Below, in pieces: positions 10,366-21,211 of a stretch of DNA of 64,000 nt. This stretch comes from a bacterium. GTDB taxonomy: Bacteria > Electryoneota > Electryoneia > Electryoneales > Electryoneaceae. Each line of letters begins with the position of its first letter. The first letter of the stretch is position 1. The translations under genes and the position numbers were made by a program. The notes beneath the pieces were generated by a model. That model was not told where the DNA came from, ran no database searches, and saw only the letters and a list, made by a program, of their open reading frames with translations. Where the stretch lies: positions 3,744,001 through 3,808,000 of the forward strand of contig CAXXKJ010000002.1 of NCBI GenBank assembly GCA_963675295.2, in the 5' to 3' direction.

Positions 10366-11043
10366 ATGGCAACGAATCGGCTTGTTGTCCTCGCGATCCT
10401 GTTGCTGGGATTTGTGCTTGCCGGCTGTGGTGAGCGAGACACCGGTGAGCGCCGTATCGACATGAAGCTGTGGTATTACAACCCACCGCAGAAGGTCGCC
10501 GACATGGATGACAGTTTGCGTACTGAAATCCTCGTCTTCGCGGATGAACACTGGGACGGTTGGTTCAGCGACAGCTACAATCCGGTCACGGACGCCGTTA
10601 TCGAGCTGAATGACGACCGCATTTTCTGGCGGGCGTCCTGGCGTGGCTATTACGAAGCGAACGTCCTGTTTGGACCGGAGTCTCCCGTTGACCTCTACTG
10701 CGAATTGACTCCGTCGGAGCATTACGCATTCCACGACAGCATCCCCGACCTGAACGTCTGGGGCCTCCCTTCCGGCCGGGACACCACCCTGGCAGCATCC
10801 GACACGCTGCTGATTACCTGGAACCAGATCGGCGACCAGCAGGGACGGCTCGACATCATCAAGGGCGAGGATACCATCGAATCAGTCTATGGCAAAAAGC
10901 GGCTGCGTTGGTCCCCGAAAAGCTCGTATCGCGGGGAACGGTACCAGATGGTCTTCCGCTTCACCTATGTCTATCCGTCGATGGACCCGTTCAACGTGAT
11001 GCAATACCAGTACGTCGGAAAGCACTTTGTTAATGTGGAATAG
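10366..11043 (+). CDS. Putative lipoprotein (paralog family A)
   Basis: VLAGC lipobox; DTGERRI shared with the next gene. Confidence 0.8.
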   Translation: MATNRLVVLAILLLGFVLAGCGERDTGERRIDMKLWYYNPPQKVADMDDSLRTEILVFADEHWDGWFSDSYNPVTDAVIELNDDRIFWRASWRGYYEANVLFGPESPVDLYCELTPSEHYAFHDSIPDLNVWGLPSGRDTTLAASDTLLITWNQIGDQQGRLDIIKGEDTIESVYGKKRLRWSPKSSYRGERYQMVFRFTYVYPSMDPFNVMQYQYVGKHFVNVE

Positions 11044-11062
11044 TCAGCATCTTCAGAGTCTC

Positions 11063-11098
11063 AAGCCGGATACTGCTCCTGTATCCGGCTTTTCTTTT
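11063..11098 (+). terminator. Intrinsic terminator
   Basis: aagccggatac/gtatccggctt stem plus T-run. Confidence 0.8.
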
Positions 11099-11247
11099 GA
11101 CTGCATTCCAGTGCAGCGAAGTTGTAAATGGACCTCGCTCTTTGTTGACTCGGTAGCCTTTCTTGCTGATGTTATTGACAGGCAGCTCCGATCTTCATAG
11201 CCTTGAATTGATTCTGGCTGATATACACAGCTTTCCGGGGGGTAAGA

Positions 11248-11913
11248 ATGTTCTATCGGATTATTTTGCCAATCCTTATCCTGACCACGTTGTTGCTCAC
11301 CGGTTGTTCAATGGACGACACCGGCGATCGGCGTATCAATGTCCGCATCTATGAATATGATCCCGCCCTGGAGGATCTGTACAACTTGCCATTGTCCAAC
11401 CAGATCCTCGTCTGGCCGGAAGAATACTGGGAAAACATGCTAAGCGGTGAATACCGGATCGACGGCAACGCGTCCATCAGTTGCGATACCACAACACTGG
11501 TGTTCAGCGAAAGTCGAGGCGGGTATCGCGCGTTTAACTGTGATTTCGATGTTGGCGACCCGTTCAACCTGCTGGTGACCCTCGACGATGGAAGCCTGCA
11601 TGAGTACTCGGAAGAGTTACCCGCCGTCAATTTGCAGGGTCATTCTCCTCATGAAAGCGTCGTCGTGGGCGACAGCCTGAAGTATGTATGGAATTCCATC
11701 ACTCCCAATGATGGTGAGTTGACAGTTGTGCAGAACGGCCGGGTGGTGAAGCGCCTGTCCGGCTCAGGCAAAATTGTCTGGAACATTACCGACGGATACT
11801 CGGGCAAGACACTTGATCTGGAATTTGTCTACCAACGGAATATGCCCGTGCGCGGTCTGTTCACTGAAGTGAAATACGAGTACCGTGCCTTCAGCACTCT
11901 TGTCGTGCCCTGA
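11248..11913 (+). CDS. Putative lipoprotein (paralog family A)
   Basis: LLTGC lipobox; DTGDRRI...ILVW.EEYW resembles 10366. Confidence 0.8.
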   Translation: MFYRIILPILILTTLLLTGCSMDDTGDRRINVRIYEYDPALEDLYNLPLSNQILVWPEEYWENMLSGEYRIDGNASISCDTTTLVFSESRGGYRAFNCDFDVGDPFNLLVTLDDGSLHEYSEELPAVNLQGHSPHESVVVGDSLKYVWNSITPNDGELTVVQNGRVVKRLSGSGKIVWNITDGYSGKTLDLEFVYQRNMPVRGLFTEVKYEYRAFSTLVVP

Positions 11914-12066
11914 TTTTCGAAACTGATCTCCGCTACGCGCGTACCTTAGTGGTCCGGGAACAAGTGAGGTTCGCCGTCGTGGAATCTCTCCATCGACTCC
12001 CCGGCAGGGACCGTTATTCCCTACTATTCCGCATCACGCGCACAGACAGTCAGGACCAAAGAACCT

Positions 12067-13314
12067 ATGCAGCGATTTAACAAAACAACGTTGGACAACG
12101 GCGCCCGCATCGTCACAGAAAAAATCGACTCCGTCCGCAGTGCGGCGGTGGGCTTCTGGTTTGAGACCGGATCCCGTGACGAAACCCCGGCCGAAAACGG
12201 CATTTCCCACTTTCTCGAGCACATGCTGTTCAAGGGAACGAAGAAGCGGTCTGCGTTGAAAATCGCCCGTGAGATCGAGCAGGTCGGCGGGCATATGAAC
12301 GCCTTCACCAGCAAGGAAATCACCGCGTTTCACGCGTCGCTGCTGGACGAACACCTGCCGCTGGCAGTGGACACACTGGCGGACATGGCGTCTTATTCAC
12401 AGTTCGCGGACAAGATGATCGAACGCGAACAGGGTGTGGTGCTGGAAGAAATCAGCGGCTACGAGGATTCGCCGGAGGATGTGGTCCACGAGGACTTCAG
12501 CAAACTGCTGTTCGCGGATCATCCGCTCGGCCGTCCGATTCTCGGCACGCGCGAAACAGTCTCCTCGTTCTCCCGCGACACGCTCGTCGGCTACTGGTCG
12601 CGTCAGTATCAACCGAAGCGGCTGGTCGTTTCGGCGGCAGGCGCGGTCGATCACGACAAGCTGGTCAAATTGGTAGCCCGCAAGTTGGAGCTTCCGGACA
12701 AAGCCAAACCCCTGACCAAACGCGCCCTGCCCGAGCTCAATGTGGACAAGACGCACGAACGCCGCAAGGCGATTGTCCAGGCTCATTTGACCATCGGCGG
12801 CAACGGTCTGTCGTACGGAGATGAAGACCGCTATCCGTTCTTCGTGATGAACACGGTGCTCGGCGGCGGGATGAGCTCGCGTTTGTTCCAGCGGCTTCGG
12901 GAACGGTCAGGTCTGGCCTACTCGGTCTATCCGTTCCACGAAGCCTACCACGACACTGGGTTGTACGGGATCTACGTCGGCCTCGAAGAAAAGCAGGTCA
13001 AGCGCGCGGAAAAGATGATCCGCGAGGAACTGCAGAAGCTGATCGATAAACCGATCAGCAAGGCGGCGTTGAAACGCGCCAAGGATCAGCTCAAGGGCGC
13101 GTTGATGCTCGGGTTGGAGAGCTCGGCGGCACGCATGCACCGGCTCGCCCGGATGGAGATCTACCTCAAACGGTATGTCACCCTGGATGAGCTACTCGAC
13201 GGGATCAACGCGGTCACGCCGGACGATGTGCAGCAGGTTGCACAGCGGTTGTTCGGCGGCGATCTGTGGGTGGCGACGGTCCTGCCGGATGGTTCCGCCC
13301 CCCGGGCAGCGTAG
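12067..13314 (+). CDS. M16 family (pitrilysin-like) zinc peptidase
   Basis: Inverted zinc motif HFLEH, NAFTSKE and GGGMSSRLFQ. Confidence 0.95.
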   Translation: MQRFNKTTLDNGARIVTEKIDSVRSAAVGFWFETGSRDETPAENGISHFLEHMLFKGTKKRSALKIAREIEQVGGHMNAFTSKEITAFHASLLDEHLPLAVDTLADMASYSQFADKMIEREQGVVLEEISGYEDSPEDVVHEDFSKLLFADHPLGRPILGTRETVSSFSRDTLVGYWSRQYQPKRLVVSAAGAVDHDKLVKLVARKLELPDKAKPLTKRALPELNVDKTHERRKAIVQAHLTIGGNGLSYGDEDRYPFFVMNTVLGGGMSSRLFQRLRERSGLAYSVYPFHEAYHDTGLYGIYVGLEEKQVKRAEKMIREELQKLIDKPISKAALKRAKDQLKGALMLGLESSAARMHRLARMEIYLKRYVTLDELLDGINAVTPDDVQQVAQRLFGGDLWVATVLPDGSAPRAA

Positions 13315-15444
13315 TTACCGGGACGCTCTTTCGACGGTTACTTGTTTCAACAGCGAGCGCACTCGCACGAGCAGGTTGCGTTGCGAAAATGGTTTCTGGA
13401 TGAAGCCGGCCACCAGATTGTCATGGCTTGTTTCGTCCAGTTTCTGCGAGTAGTAGCCGGACATGAACAGGACCGCGACGTCGTCGAAGCATTCCCGTGG
13501 CAACGAGTCAACCACTTCCACCCCGGACAGCCCTGGCATGATTACGTCGGTCAGGATCAGGTCTGGTTTTTTCTCCGCGTTCAGCAGGTAGTCCACCGCT
13601 TTTTCGCCATCGCCGAAACTGGTGACGTGATACCCGAACAGGTTGAAGGTGCGTCGCAACGAAGCCCGCAGCAGGTTCTCATCCTCAATAATCAGGATCG
13701 ACTCGTCGCCATGCAGGTCCACCGATTCCAGCTCGGTCGACGCAACCGGCACCGACGTATCCGCCGCCGGGAAGGTCACTGTGAACGTGGTCCCCTCCTC
13801 CGGTTTGCTATCAACGACGATGGTTCCGGAATGCTGTTCAACGATGCCGTAGACTGTTGACAAACCGAGCCCGGTGCCGAGATCCTTTGGCTTGGTGGTG
13901 AAGAACGGGTCGAAGATTTTCTCCAGCGTCGCCTCGTCCATCCCGTGCCCTGTATCCGTGACGGACAACTGCGGTAATCGCTCGGTGCTGCTTTCAACAC
14001 ACGACACACAGACCTGGATCGAACCGTGATCACCAATTGCATCGCGCGCGTTGACCACAAGGTTGACGATGATCTGTTCGAGCTGGGTTGGGTCGATCAG
14101 GATCAGTGGGACGTTCAGGTCCAGATCGAACTCGAGCTTGATGTTCGGTTCAACAAGCCGCCGCAGCATTTTCTTCAGCTTCTCAACGGTGTCGGTGAGG
14201 TCGACATGTTCCGGTTTCGAGCTCTGCTTGCGGCTGAACGCCAGCAGTTGGCGGCTGATTCTGGACGCTCGTTCGCTCGCCTGCACCACTTCATCCAACC
14301 CGGAACTCAGATCATGTCCGTCATGCAGTTTCAACTGCATGAATTCAGCGTTCATCAGGATCACCGACAGAGCGTTGTTGATGTCATGCGCGACCCCACC
14401 GGCCAGCCGCCCGACGCTCTCCAGCCGTTGCGCGTGATACAATTGTTCGCGCATCTCGGCTTTTTCACGAGCCGCTTGGATTTCCTGTGAAATATCCTCC
14501 GCAACATTCATCGAGCCGATGATTTCACCGTCTTCGTCAACCCACGGCGCGGCTGACACGCGGAGCTCGACCGTCGTCTCATCCTTTCGGATCATGGTGT
14601 AGCCCAGACCGTGCCGGATTTCCCGTTGCAGCACCATTTGAACGTGAGATTTCAGGAACTGGTTCCGATCCTCGGGGCGAACGATCGGCAGGAATTTGCC
14701 GATGACTTCGTCGGCACTGTACCCGAACACCTTCTCCGCCTGCTCATTCCACAGCAGGACATCGCCCTCGAGGTCCAGTGCGAAGGTCGGCAGTGGCGAG
14801 GCGCGGAACACGGCTGTCAGCTGGTTGACCGCGTTGATCTGTTCCGCCTCGGCACTCTTCTGTTCGCTGATATCCCGCAGAATGCCCTCAACGATACGGC
14901 CCTCACCGTCTGATTCGTTAATCACCCGCCCGAGGATGCTGGTCCAGATGCTGTTGCCGTTTTTCGCCACCCAGCGGATTTGTTCTGACACTTGATCCTG
15001 CGACAAATTCAGCGCGGAGTCCAGTACTTCATGATCCTGGGACTGAACGATCTGAAACAGAAAATCGGGATCGTTGTAGAATGTTTCCTGCGGATAGCCA
15101 AGAATACGAGAGACGGAAGGGCTGATATACTCGAACTTTCGTTCCGGAGTCAGGCGCAGTCGGAAGACGACATCCAGCGCGTTGTCCGCGAAGAGACGGA
15201 AGCGGGCGTCCTGCGACCGGGCCCGTTTCTCATCGTGCCGCAGGAAGAGCAGCAGCAACAGACCTGTCGCGAAAACGAAAAACAATCCCTTGGCGGTCTG
15301 CATCTGCGTGATCCGGTTCGCGCTCTGGTCAGGCAAGAGCTCGACCAGATGATCCGATAGCAGAATCCACAAGCCGCCGAGGATCAGGTACACCACAAAA
15401 ACACGCAGCGAGGCACGCCACCATTTTTCCCGTACGTCTTGCAT
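13315..15444 (-). CDS. Hybrid sensor kinase (TM-PAS-PAS-HisKA-HATPase-REC)
   Basis: GGVAHDINN H-box; NLVVNARDA, DTGHGMD and GTGLGLS boxes; receiver DVIMP...KPF. Confidence 0.93.
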   Translation of the reverse strand: MQDVREKWWRASLRVFVVYLILGGLWILLSDHLVELLPDQSANRITQMQTAKGLFFVFATGLLLLLFLRHDEKRARSQDARFRLFADNALDVVFRLRLTPERKFEYISPSVSRILGYPQETFYNDPDFLFQIVQSQDHEVLDSALNLSQDQVSEQIRWVAKNGNSIWTSILGRVINESDGEGRIVEGILRDISEQKSAEAEQINAVNQLTAVFRASPLPTFALDLEGDVLLWNEQAEKVFGYSADEVIGKFLPIVRPEDRNQFLKSHVQMVLQREIRHGLGYTMIRKDETTVELRVSAAPWVDEDGEIIGSMNVAEDISQEIQAAREKAEMREQLYHAQRLESVGRLAGGVAHDINNALSVILMNAEFMQLKLHDGHDLSSGLDEVVQASERASRISRQLLAFSRKQSSKPEHVDLTDTVEKLKKMLRRLVEPNIKLEFDLDLNVPLILIDPTQLEQIIVNLVVNARDAIGDHGSIQVCVSCVESSTERLPQLSVTDTGHGMDEATLEKIFDPFFTTKPKDLGTGLGLSTVYGIVEQHSGTIVVDSKPEEGTTFTVTFPAADTSVPVASTELESVDLHGDESILIIEDENLLRASLRRTFNLFGYHVTSFGDGEKAVDYLLNAEKKPDLILTDVIMPGLSGVEVVDSLPRECFDDVAVLFMSGYYSQKLDETSHDNLVAGFIQKPFSQRNLLVRVRSLLKQVTVERASR

Positions 15445-15713
15445 TAAGCCTTCCTTCAATCTGGAAATCCTTAACAATTAACGCTCTACAAAAATGTTCA
15501 GATTTTTCAAGAATAATGAAAAAACGCCAGGATGAATTACGGAAAGCACCAAAGCGGGTGTCATACTTGGTAAAACAAATAAGCATATAAGCCGATCACA
15601 AGTAAGAAAGCGAACGATTTAAATGTAACGAAAACGTCAGGAGTGTCCGGTGATCAGAACAGCATTGGGAGAGGCGGAGGAGTGTGCGTATCAAAGGAAC
15701 GTAGCTGGATAGA

Positions 15714-17183
15714 TCAACCGAGACGGCGGGTCACACCGTCCCGTTCTTCGTCGTTGAGGATGTAATACCACCACAGCAGCGGCAGGAACAGCAGAATCCC
15801 GATTCGCAGCCACATCCCGCCAATCCCGTCAAACGGTTGCGCGAGACCGTAGAACGCGCCGACCGTCGCCGCGATCCGGATGATGCGCGGCCACTCATAC
15901 GGCACGTGATACTTGCGGCGGATGTAGCTGAACAGGATCACGGTCATCACGACATAGCTGACCACGGTCAGCCACGCCGCAGCCATGTAGCCGTAGATGG
16001 GGATCAACAGGCCGTTGCCGCCGATGTTGATCACCGCGGCGGCACCGATCGCGACCGGAATGATCTTCGTTTTCTTCTCGAGGTATACTCCGACCATCAG
16101 GTTGGCGTAAATGCCGTTGAAGACGTGCGCCAGCATCACAATCGGCACAATCTGGAAGCCCGCCCAGTAAGCGGCATTGATCAGGTGGCCGGGCTCGCCG
16201 TTTTCACCGATCCCCGGAATCGGTATCTTTAACAACGTCGGCAGGAAGAACGCGCAGAAGATCCAGATCCATCCGGTGAACAGGATGTAGTAGGTCAGCA
16301 CCCGCGCAAACAACGGCTTCGCGTCGGCGTCCTTGGCGGTTTTGAGGAAGAACGGTTGCCACGCATAGCGGAACGCCTGCGCGATCATGCTCATCAGCAT
16401 CGCGACACGGTAGCCTGCGGCGTAAATTCCGGCATCATCCAGCCCCATGTACAGCTCGATCCACTTCCGGTCGCTGAACTCGATCGCGATCATGAACAGC
16501 TGGCTCGGCAGGTTGGGCAGCCCGAAGATCATCCATTCCTTGACCATCGGCCAGCTCCAGCCGAGCGTGATGTCGCGCCACGCCAGCACCGCCAGCGCGA
16601 TCAGCACGGCGGTGGACGCTCCGAGGAACGCCCAGAACGCACCGAGCACGCCCCAGCCGAAGACACCAACGAACAGGATGTTGAGACCGATGTTGACGGC
16701 GACATTAACCGTGCGGATCGTCGAGAACGCCGCCGCGCGGTTGTTGATCCGCAGCCAGTTGTAGATGTGTGCGCCGAGGGTGTCGACCAGGATGATGATC
16801 GCGGCGATCCGGGTCAGTTGTTCGCCGAGCACGCCGGTGTCCGAGACGAACAACTGGGAGACCACCGGCGCAAACACGAACAACGCAACGGTAATCACGC
16901 CGCCGGTGATCAGCGAGTGCACCAGCATCGAGCCGAGGTGCTTCTTCTGTTCGTCACGGTTCGCGTCCGCCGAATACCGCAGGTATGCGATGTCCATGCC
17001 GTGGATGTACACCGGTTGCAGCAACGCGACCAGCAGCATGAACAGCGCGTAGATGCCGTACTCCCCCGTCGTCATCAGGTGGGAGTAGTACGGCAGCAGC
17101 AGGAAATTCACGGCCCGGGCGGCGATAGTGCCGAGGCCGTAGATCACCGATTCTTTCAGCAGTTGGCGGATTTTTGCGAACAT
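15714..17183 (-). CDS. MOP/Wzx-type oligosaccharide flippase
   Basis: Many TM helices; IYGLG...FLLLPYYS and GIYAAGYRVA patterns. Confidence 0.85.
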   Translation of the reverse strand: MFAKIRQLLKESVIYGLGTIAARAVNFLLLPYYSHLMTTGEYGIYALFMLLVALLQPVYIHGMDIAYLRYSADANRDEQKKHLGSMLVHSLITGGVITVALFVFAPVVSQLFVSDTGVLGEQLTRIAAIIILVDTLGAHIYNWLRINNRAAAFSTIRTVNVAVNIGLNILFVGVFGWGVLGAFWAFLGASTAVLIALAVLAWRDITLGWSWPMVKEWMIFGLPNLPSQLFMIAIEFSDRKWIELYMGLDDAGIYAAGYRVAMLMSMIAQAFRYAWQPFFLKTAKDADAKPLFARVLTYYILFTGWIWIFCAFFLPTLLKIPIPGIGENGEPGHLINAAYWAGFQIVPIVMLAHVFNGIYANLMVGVYLEKKTKIIPVAIGAAAVINIGGNGLLIPIYGYMAAAWLTVVSYVVMTVILFSYIRRKYHVPYEWPRIIRIAATVGAFYGLAQPFDGIGGMWLRIGILLFLPLLWWYYILNDEERDGVTRRLG

Positions 17184-17268
17184 GGGGTGAAAGTAGGTCT
17201 CCGGGTTCTCGTTTGCCAGCGTCCTCTCTCACCTGTGAGGACCGTGGGGATACCCCTGCAGCTCGTGA

Positions 17269-18510
17269 TCAGAAAAAATCGCTGATCGCAACGGTCATGC
17301 CGAGCCAGAATGTGGTGAACGTGTAGTCACGGCTGCCGTCAACAGACTGATGCAGCCAGTATTCCCAATAGTGATAGGATTGGTCGTACTGTTCGTGTTC
17401 GTAAGCCGCGTTGATGCTGAAGCTGTCGAAGTCGATGCCGAGGCCGCCGGTGAGCACGGTTGCGACAACGTTTGGATCGTCATCAGAGGACATCGGGAGT
17501 TCATGATAGCGGTAGCCGCCACGCAGGTTGATCACGGCCACATCCCACGGAATCAGGTACTCCGCTCCGAAGCGGAACTGGCGGCTGGTGTCCGACGCGT
17601 ACTGGTCACTGATGCCCGGCAGACTCGCCCCCCCATCGGCAGCGGGTGCGGCATAGATACGGTTGATGCTGTGATCGTACCGCCATTCTCCGTCTACGGT
17701 GACCGTCAACCGGTTCCACCCCAGCCATTGCACGCCAAGACCGTACGCCGTGCCCAGTGGAGTGAGGCGATCGTAGTCCAGGTAGTCATTCGCGCCGAAC
17801 GCTGAGTAAACAAACCCTCCGTCGGATTCCAGGTTGATACCGGGCCGGAACATCCCGGCGAAGGTAAGCTGATGCGAGGTTCGCGGAATCATGAGCGGAA
17901 CTGCCACCCCGAGCGTGAGGCCATTGCCGGAATACGTCACTTCGGTGTCTTGAAACATGTAGTCAACGTTTGAGGCAAGCTGTTCATAAGGACTTCCGCT
18001 CGATTCACGGGAATACGATCCTGACCAGATGTTGTACGCTGCTCCCAGGCAGAAGTGCTCTTGCGGCTGAACTCCAACCGAGAACGAGTACATCATCATG
18101 CCGCCATCCCAGTCGTCCTCGTTCAGCACGGGATGCATCGCACGTCCGGCCAGCACGCCAAAGGACAGCGTGTGGTTCACGGGAACAACGAGCGACGCCT
18201 GGTGCAATGCGATCTGTCCACTGGACCCAGGATTCACAAAGGGAAACGTGGACCCGGAAACATCCTCCGAGCGGGTCTCACCAGCCAGGGTGATCGTCCA
18301 GTCTTCACTCAATCCAAGCAGCGCCGGATTGTGATAGATCGCCTCGCCGTTTTGCGCGGAGGCGATCCCCACCCCACCCATCGCGGAGGAACGCACACCG
18401 AACCCTTCCGGATCGAAGAATTGCGCGCGCGCGGCGGCTGCCGTCAGGCACAGAATGGTCACGGTGAATACGATCAGGAAACGGCTGAGTCCGGCGTGTT
18501 GCCCGTGCAT
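17269..18510 (-). CDS. FadL/PorV-like outer-membrane beta-barrel
   Basis: Signal peptide; GVRSSAMGG.G.A...AIYHNPALL N-terminal motif; alternating beta strands. Confidence 0.75.
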   Translation of the reverse strand: MHGQHAGLSRFLIVFTVTILCLTAAAARAQFFDPEGFGVRSSAMGGVGIASAQNGEAIYHNPALLGLSEDWTITLAGETRSEDVSGSTFPFVNPGSSGQIALHQASLVVPVNHTLSFGVLAGRAMHPVLNEDDWDGGMMMYSFSVGVQPQEHFCLGAAYNIWSGSYSRESSGSPYEQLASNVDYMFQDTEVTYSGNGLTLGVAVPLMIPRTSHQLTFAGMFRPGINLESDGGFVYSAFGANDYLDYDRLTPLGTAYGLGVQWLGWNRLTVTVDGEWRYDHSINRIYAAPAADGGASLPGISDQYASDTSRQFRFGAEYLIPWDVAVINLRGGYRYHELPMSSDDDPNVVATVLTGGLGIDFDSFSINAAYEHEQYDQSYHYWEYWLHQSVDGSRDYTFTTFWLGMTVAISDFF

Positions 18511-18526
18511 GATGCCCCCCGTTTGG

Positions 18527-19777
18527 TTACCACAATTCCGACAGATTCACCGCCGCTCCGGCGATGAAGGTGTTGTATCCGTAGCTGACACGTTCCTCAA
18601 TCGACTTGATCTCGCGGAATTCGACCGGCAGGATGTGTGACGCGCTGGATTTCTGATACGCCAGGTTGAACTGGAACAGCTCCGAACGGAACCCGATCCC
18701 GAGGCTCAGCGCTTCCGCCCCGACCGGGCTGTCGTCTTCATTGAGGAACGGCATCGTGAAGTGGCGATAGCCCATTCGTAGCGGGATCTCGAAGTTCTCG
18801 AACGGGATCGCGTACTCAGCGCCCGCGCCCAGCTGCCACGTGTGCTCTGCGTTTGGCACCTTCAGCGTCACCGAGTCATTCACCGGGCCAGGGAACCAGT
18901 CAATCACCCGTGTGTATTCGTATGGTTCATCCCAGATCCGGTATTCGAAGTCGGTCGCGATGGTGACCCGGTTGTTGATCAGCCAGCCGAGCCCAGTGCC
19001 AAGGGTCAACGGCATGTCGATGTCCTCCTTACCCTCGAACGTGTACAGCAGGCCGTTCACCACGCGCATCGAGTTGGGATCGCTGTTCAGCTTGAACGGC
19101 AACCGCGCCGCCGCGCCGAGATACACCTTGTGCTGTTCGTAGTGTTCGTACAGCGTCACCTGCGTACCGATGGTCGCATTCAGCCCGCTCAGCTCGATGT
19201 CTTCCCAGTCGGTTTCGGCAATGATGCTGCCATCCTCTCGCGAATACACGAACGGATGAACCTCCGGTGAGTCCCCCTCGAATGTGAGTTTCCCGGTCCA
19301 GATGTTGACTGCTGCCCCGATCCGCCAGCCATCCATCACCTGCACTGCAACGCTCGGCGAAATCATTTCAACGCCGCCGTCGAAGCCGAAATCGTTGTAG
19401 ATCGGTTCCACCGGCCGGGTGTGGGCGATGCCGAAGGTAACGCGGTCATCCCAGACGGGGAGTGGCAGCACCAACGCGGCGAGGTGGGAGCGGGTCGTGG
19501 TGCCGTCCACGATCGTGCCGACAAAATCCGAACGCATGACATTCTCGCCGCGTGTCCGGATCGCGAGGCTCAGGATGGTTTGGCCGTTCCAACCAATTAA
19601 CGCCGGATTGGTCATGAACGCTTCGTCCCCTGTCGCTACCGCCAGCCCGGTTCCACCCATGGCGACGGTTCGCGGTCCGACCGGGACATAATCCCAGGTT
19701 TGCGCGCTTGTGATTGTTGGCAGCACAAACACAGCGGTTACCAGAATGCAGAGTGCAAGCTTGCCCTTGATTGTCAC
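18527..19777 (-). CDS. FadL/PorV-like outer-membrane beta-barrel
   Basis: GPRTVAMGGTGLA...AFMTNPALI; GAGAEY...PLRMGY. Confidence 0.75.
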   Translation of the reverse strand: MTIKGKLALCILVTAVFVLPTITSAQTWDYVPVGPRTVAMGGTGLAVATGDEAFMTNPALIGWNGQTILSLAIRTRGENVMRSDFVGTIVDGTTTRSHLAALVLPLPVWDDRVTFGIAHTRPVEPIYNDFGFDGGVEMISPSVAVQVMDGWRIGAAVNIWTGKLTFEGDSPEVHPFVYSREDGSIIAETDWEDIELSGLNATIGTQVTLYEHYEQHKVYLGAAARLPFKLNSDPNSMRVVNGLLYTFEGKEDIDMPLTLGTGLGWLINNRVTIATDFEYRIWDEPYEYTRVIDWFPGPVNDSVTLKVPNAEHTWQLGAGAEYAIPFENFEIPLRMGYRHFTMPFLNEDDSPVGAEALSLGIGFRSELFQFNLAYQKSSASHILPVEFREIKSIEERVSYGYNTFIAGAAVNLSELW

Positions 19778-19813
19778 GACTCAATCCCCCTCACGGTGAA
19801 GCGGTCTGCCAGA

Positions 19814-20995
19814 TCAGTTAACAGTGGGTACGAACGGCATCGGCATCGACACTCCCAGCGATAACGTGCCCAGCTCGGTGTCGCTCAGCGACGGCAACGC
19901 CATTCTCATTTCCTGGTCAAGATAGGCGTCGTAGTCGGTCTGATACAGGCTCGACCACGCGAGCTCAAGCCGGTAACCGTTCAACTCCACCCCGCTGCCG
20001 CAACTCCAGCCCCACGCCGAGTTCTTATTCTGCCGGAACAGACGCGTGGTCACAGAACGGACCCCCGCGCGCACCGGAATGCGGGCATCTCCCAGCAGCA
20101 CGACATACTCTCCACCCACCCGGAAGCCGCGTTGTTCGCCAGGTGTGTCGCTGGTTTCCGGCCGGTATTCGAACTCGAAGGACGCGGTCACGATGTCCTT
20201 CCACTGGAACGCGTATCCGTAGGTGATCTGCCACGGCAACTGGATCTTGTACTTTTCACCGATGTTACTGTCGTCCCGTGGGATCGGCGGCCGGCCGTGA
20301 AGTTCGAGGGTCAGCGGCGATTGCACCGCCATGCCGAGCAGGAAGGTTGCGCTTGGCGGCACCCAGAACGAGAACCCCAGTCCGAACGTCGCGTTGACGC
20401 CGCTGAGATCGCTGCGTGGCGCGCCGGCTACATACCCGCCGTCCGGATCACGTGGCAGCTCGACCGCTTCGACGTTGTACTGCCCGCGCCAGATGTTAAC
20501 TGAGATGCCGGTGTTGAGCCCCTCCAGCGGCTGCATCGCCAGCGACGGGCCGAAGGTGTAGACCTCGCCGCTGCTGTCCCATTCACGGTAGAGCAGGCCG
20601 AGCGGTGTGCCGGCGTGTATCCCGGCGACAAACGGGCGGCCGTACAACTCCCCCTGCGGCAGTAGAATCGCGAGATAATCGAGGTTGAAATCGGAGGACA
20701 GTTCGCTGAACGACAGGCTGTTGTTTACGTTCGGCGGAGTGGAATTCCAGCGGCCACGAGTGTGCAGCACCACCTCGCCGGAGGTCGCGGCCACCATCCA
20801 TGCCGGGTTGATCGCCAGCGCTTCGCCGGGTGCGACCGACGCGACCCCGGTGCCGCCCATCGCCTGCACTCGCACGCCCACCGGCAGCCGGTCGAAATCC
20901 TGGGCATGAGAAAACGCCGGGACCATGCACACGAGCGCGCACAAGACACCGGCGGAAAGAATGCTGTGAATGCTTACACGGCCAGCTTTCATCAC
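19814..20995 (-). CDS. FadL/PorV-like outer-membrane beta-barrel
   Basis: GVRVQAMGGTGVA...ALAINPAWM; RVGGEY...PVRAG. Confidence 0.72.
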   Translation of the reverse strand: MMKAGRVSIHSILSAGVLCALVCMVPAFSHAQDFDRLPVGVRVQAMGGTGVASVAPGEALAINPAWMVAATSGEVVLHTRGRWNSTPPNVNNSLSFSELSSDFNLDYLAILLPQGELYGRPFVAGIHAGTPLGLLYREWDSSGEVYTFGPSLAMQPLEGLNTGISVNIWRGQYNVEAVELPRDPDGGYVAGAPRSDLSGVNATFGLGFSFWVPPSATFLLGMAVQSPLTLELHGRPPIPRDDSNIGEKYKIQLPWQITYGYAFQWKDIVTASFEFEYRPETSDTPGEQRGFRVGGEYVVLLGDARIPVRAGVRSVTTRLFRQNKNSAWGWSCGSGVELNGYRLELAWSSLYQTDYDAYLDQEMRMALPSLSDTELGTLSLGVSMPMPFVPTVN

Positions 20996-21211
20996 ACGTC
21001 CCTCACTCGACTTCTGTCTCAGCGCCGGAAGCTGTGTCCATGGCGCGGGAGCTGTCTACAGTGTGAGCAACGTGTGCTGACGACCTCCTGAATGGCGTTG
21101 ACCGTGTCGTTAACAATACATCGAAAAACGCAAGCGTGGCAAGGATTTGCTCGAACGAGCATGAAAATCTGTCTCGGGAGGGGCACCTCAGACCCCACCG
21201 GGAGTCCAAGC

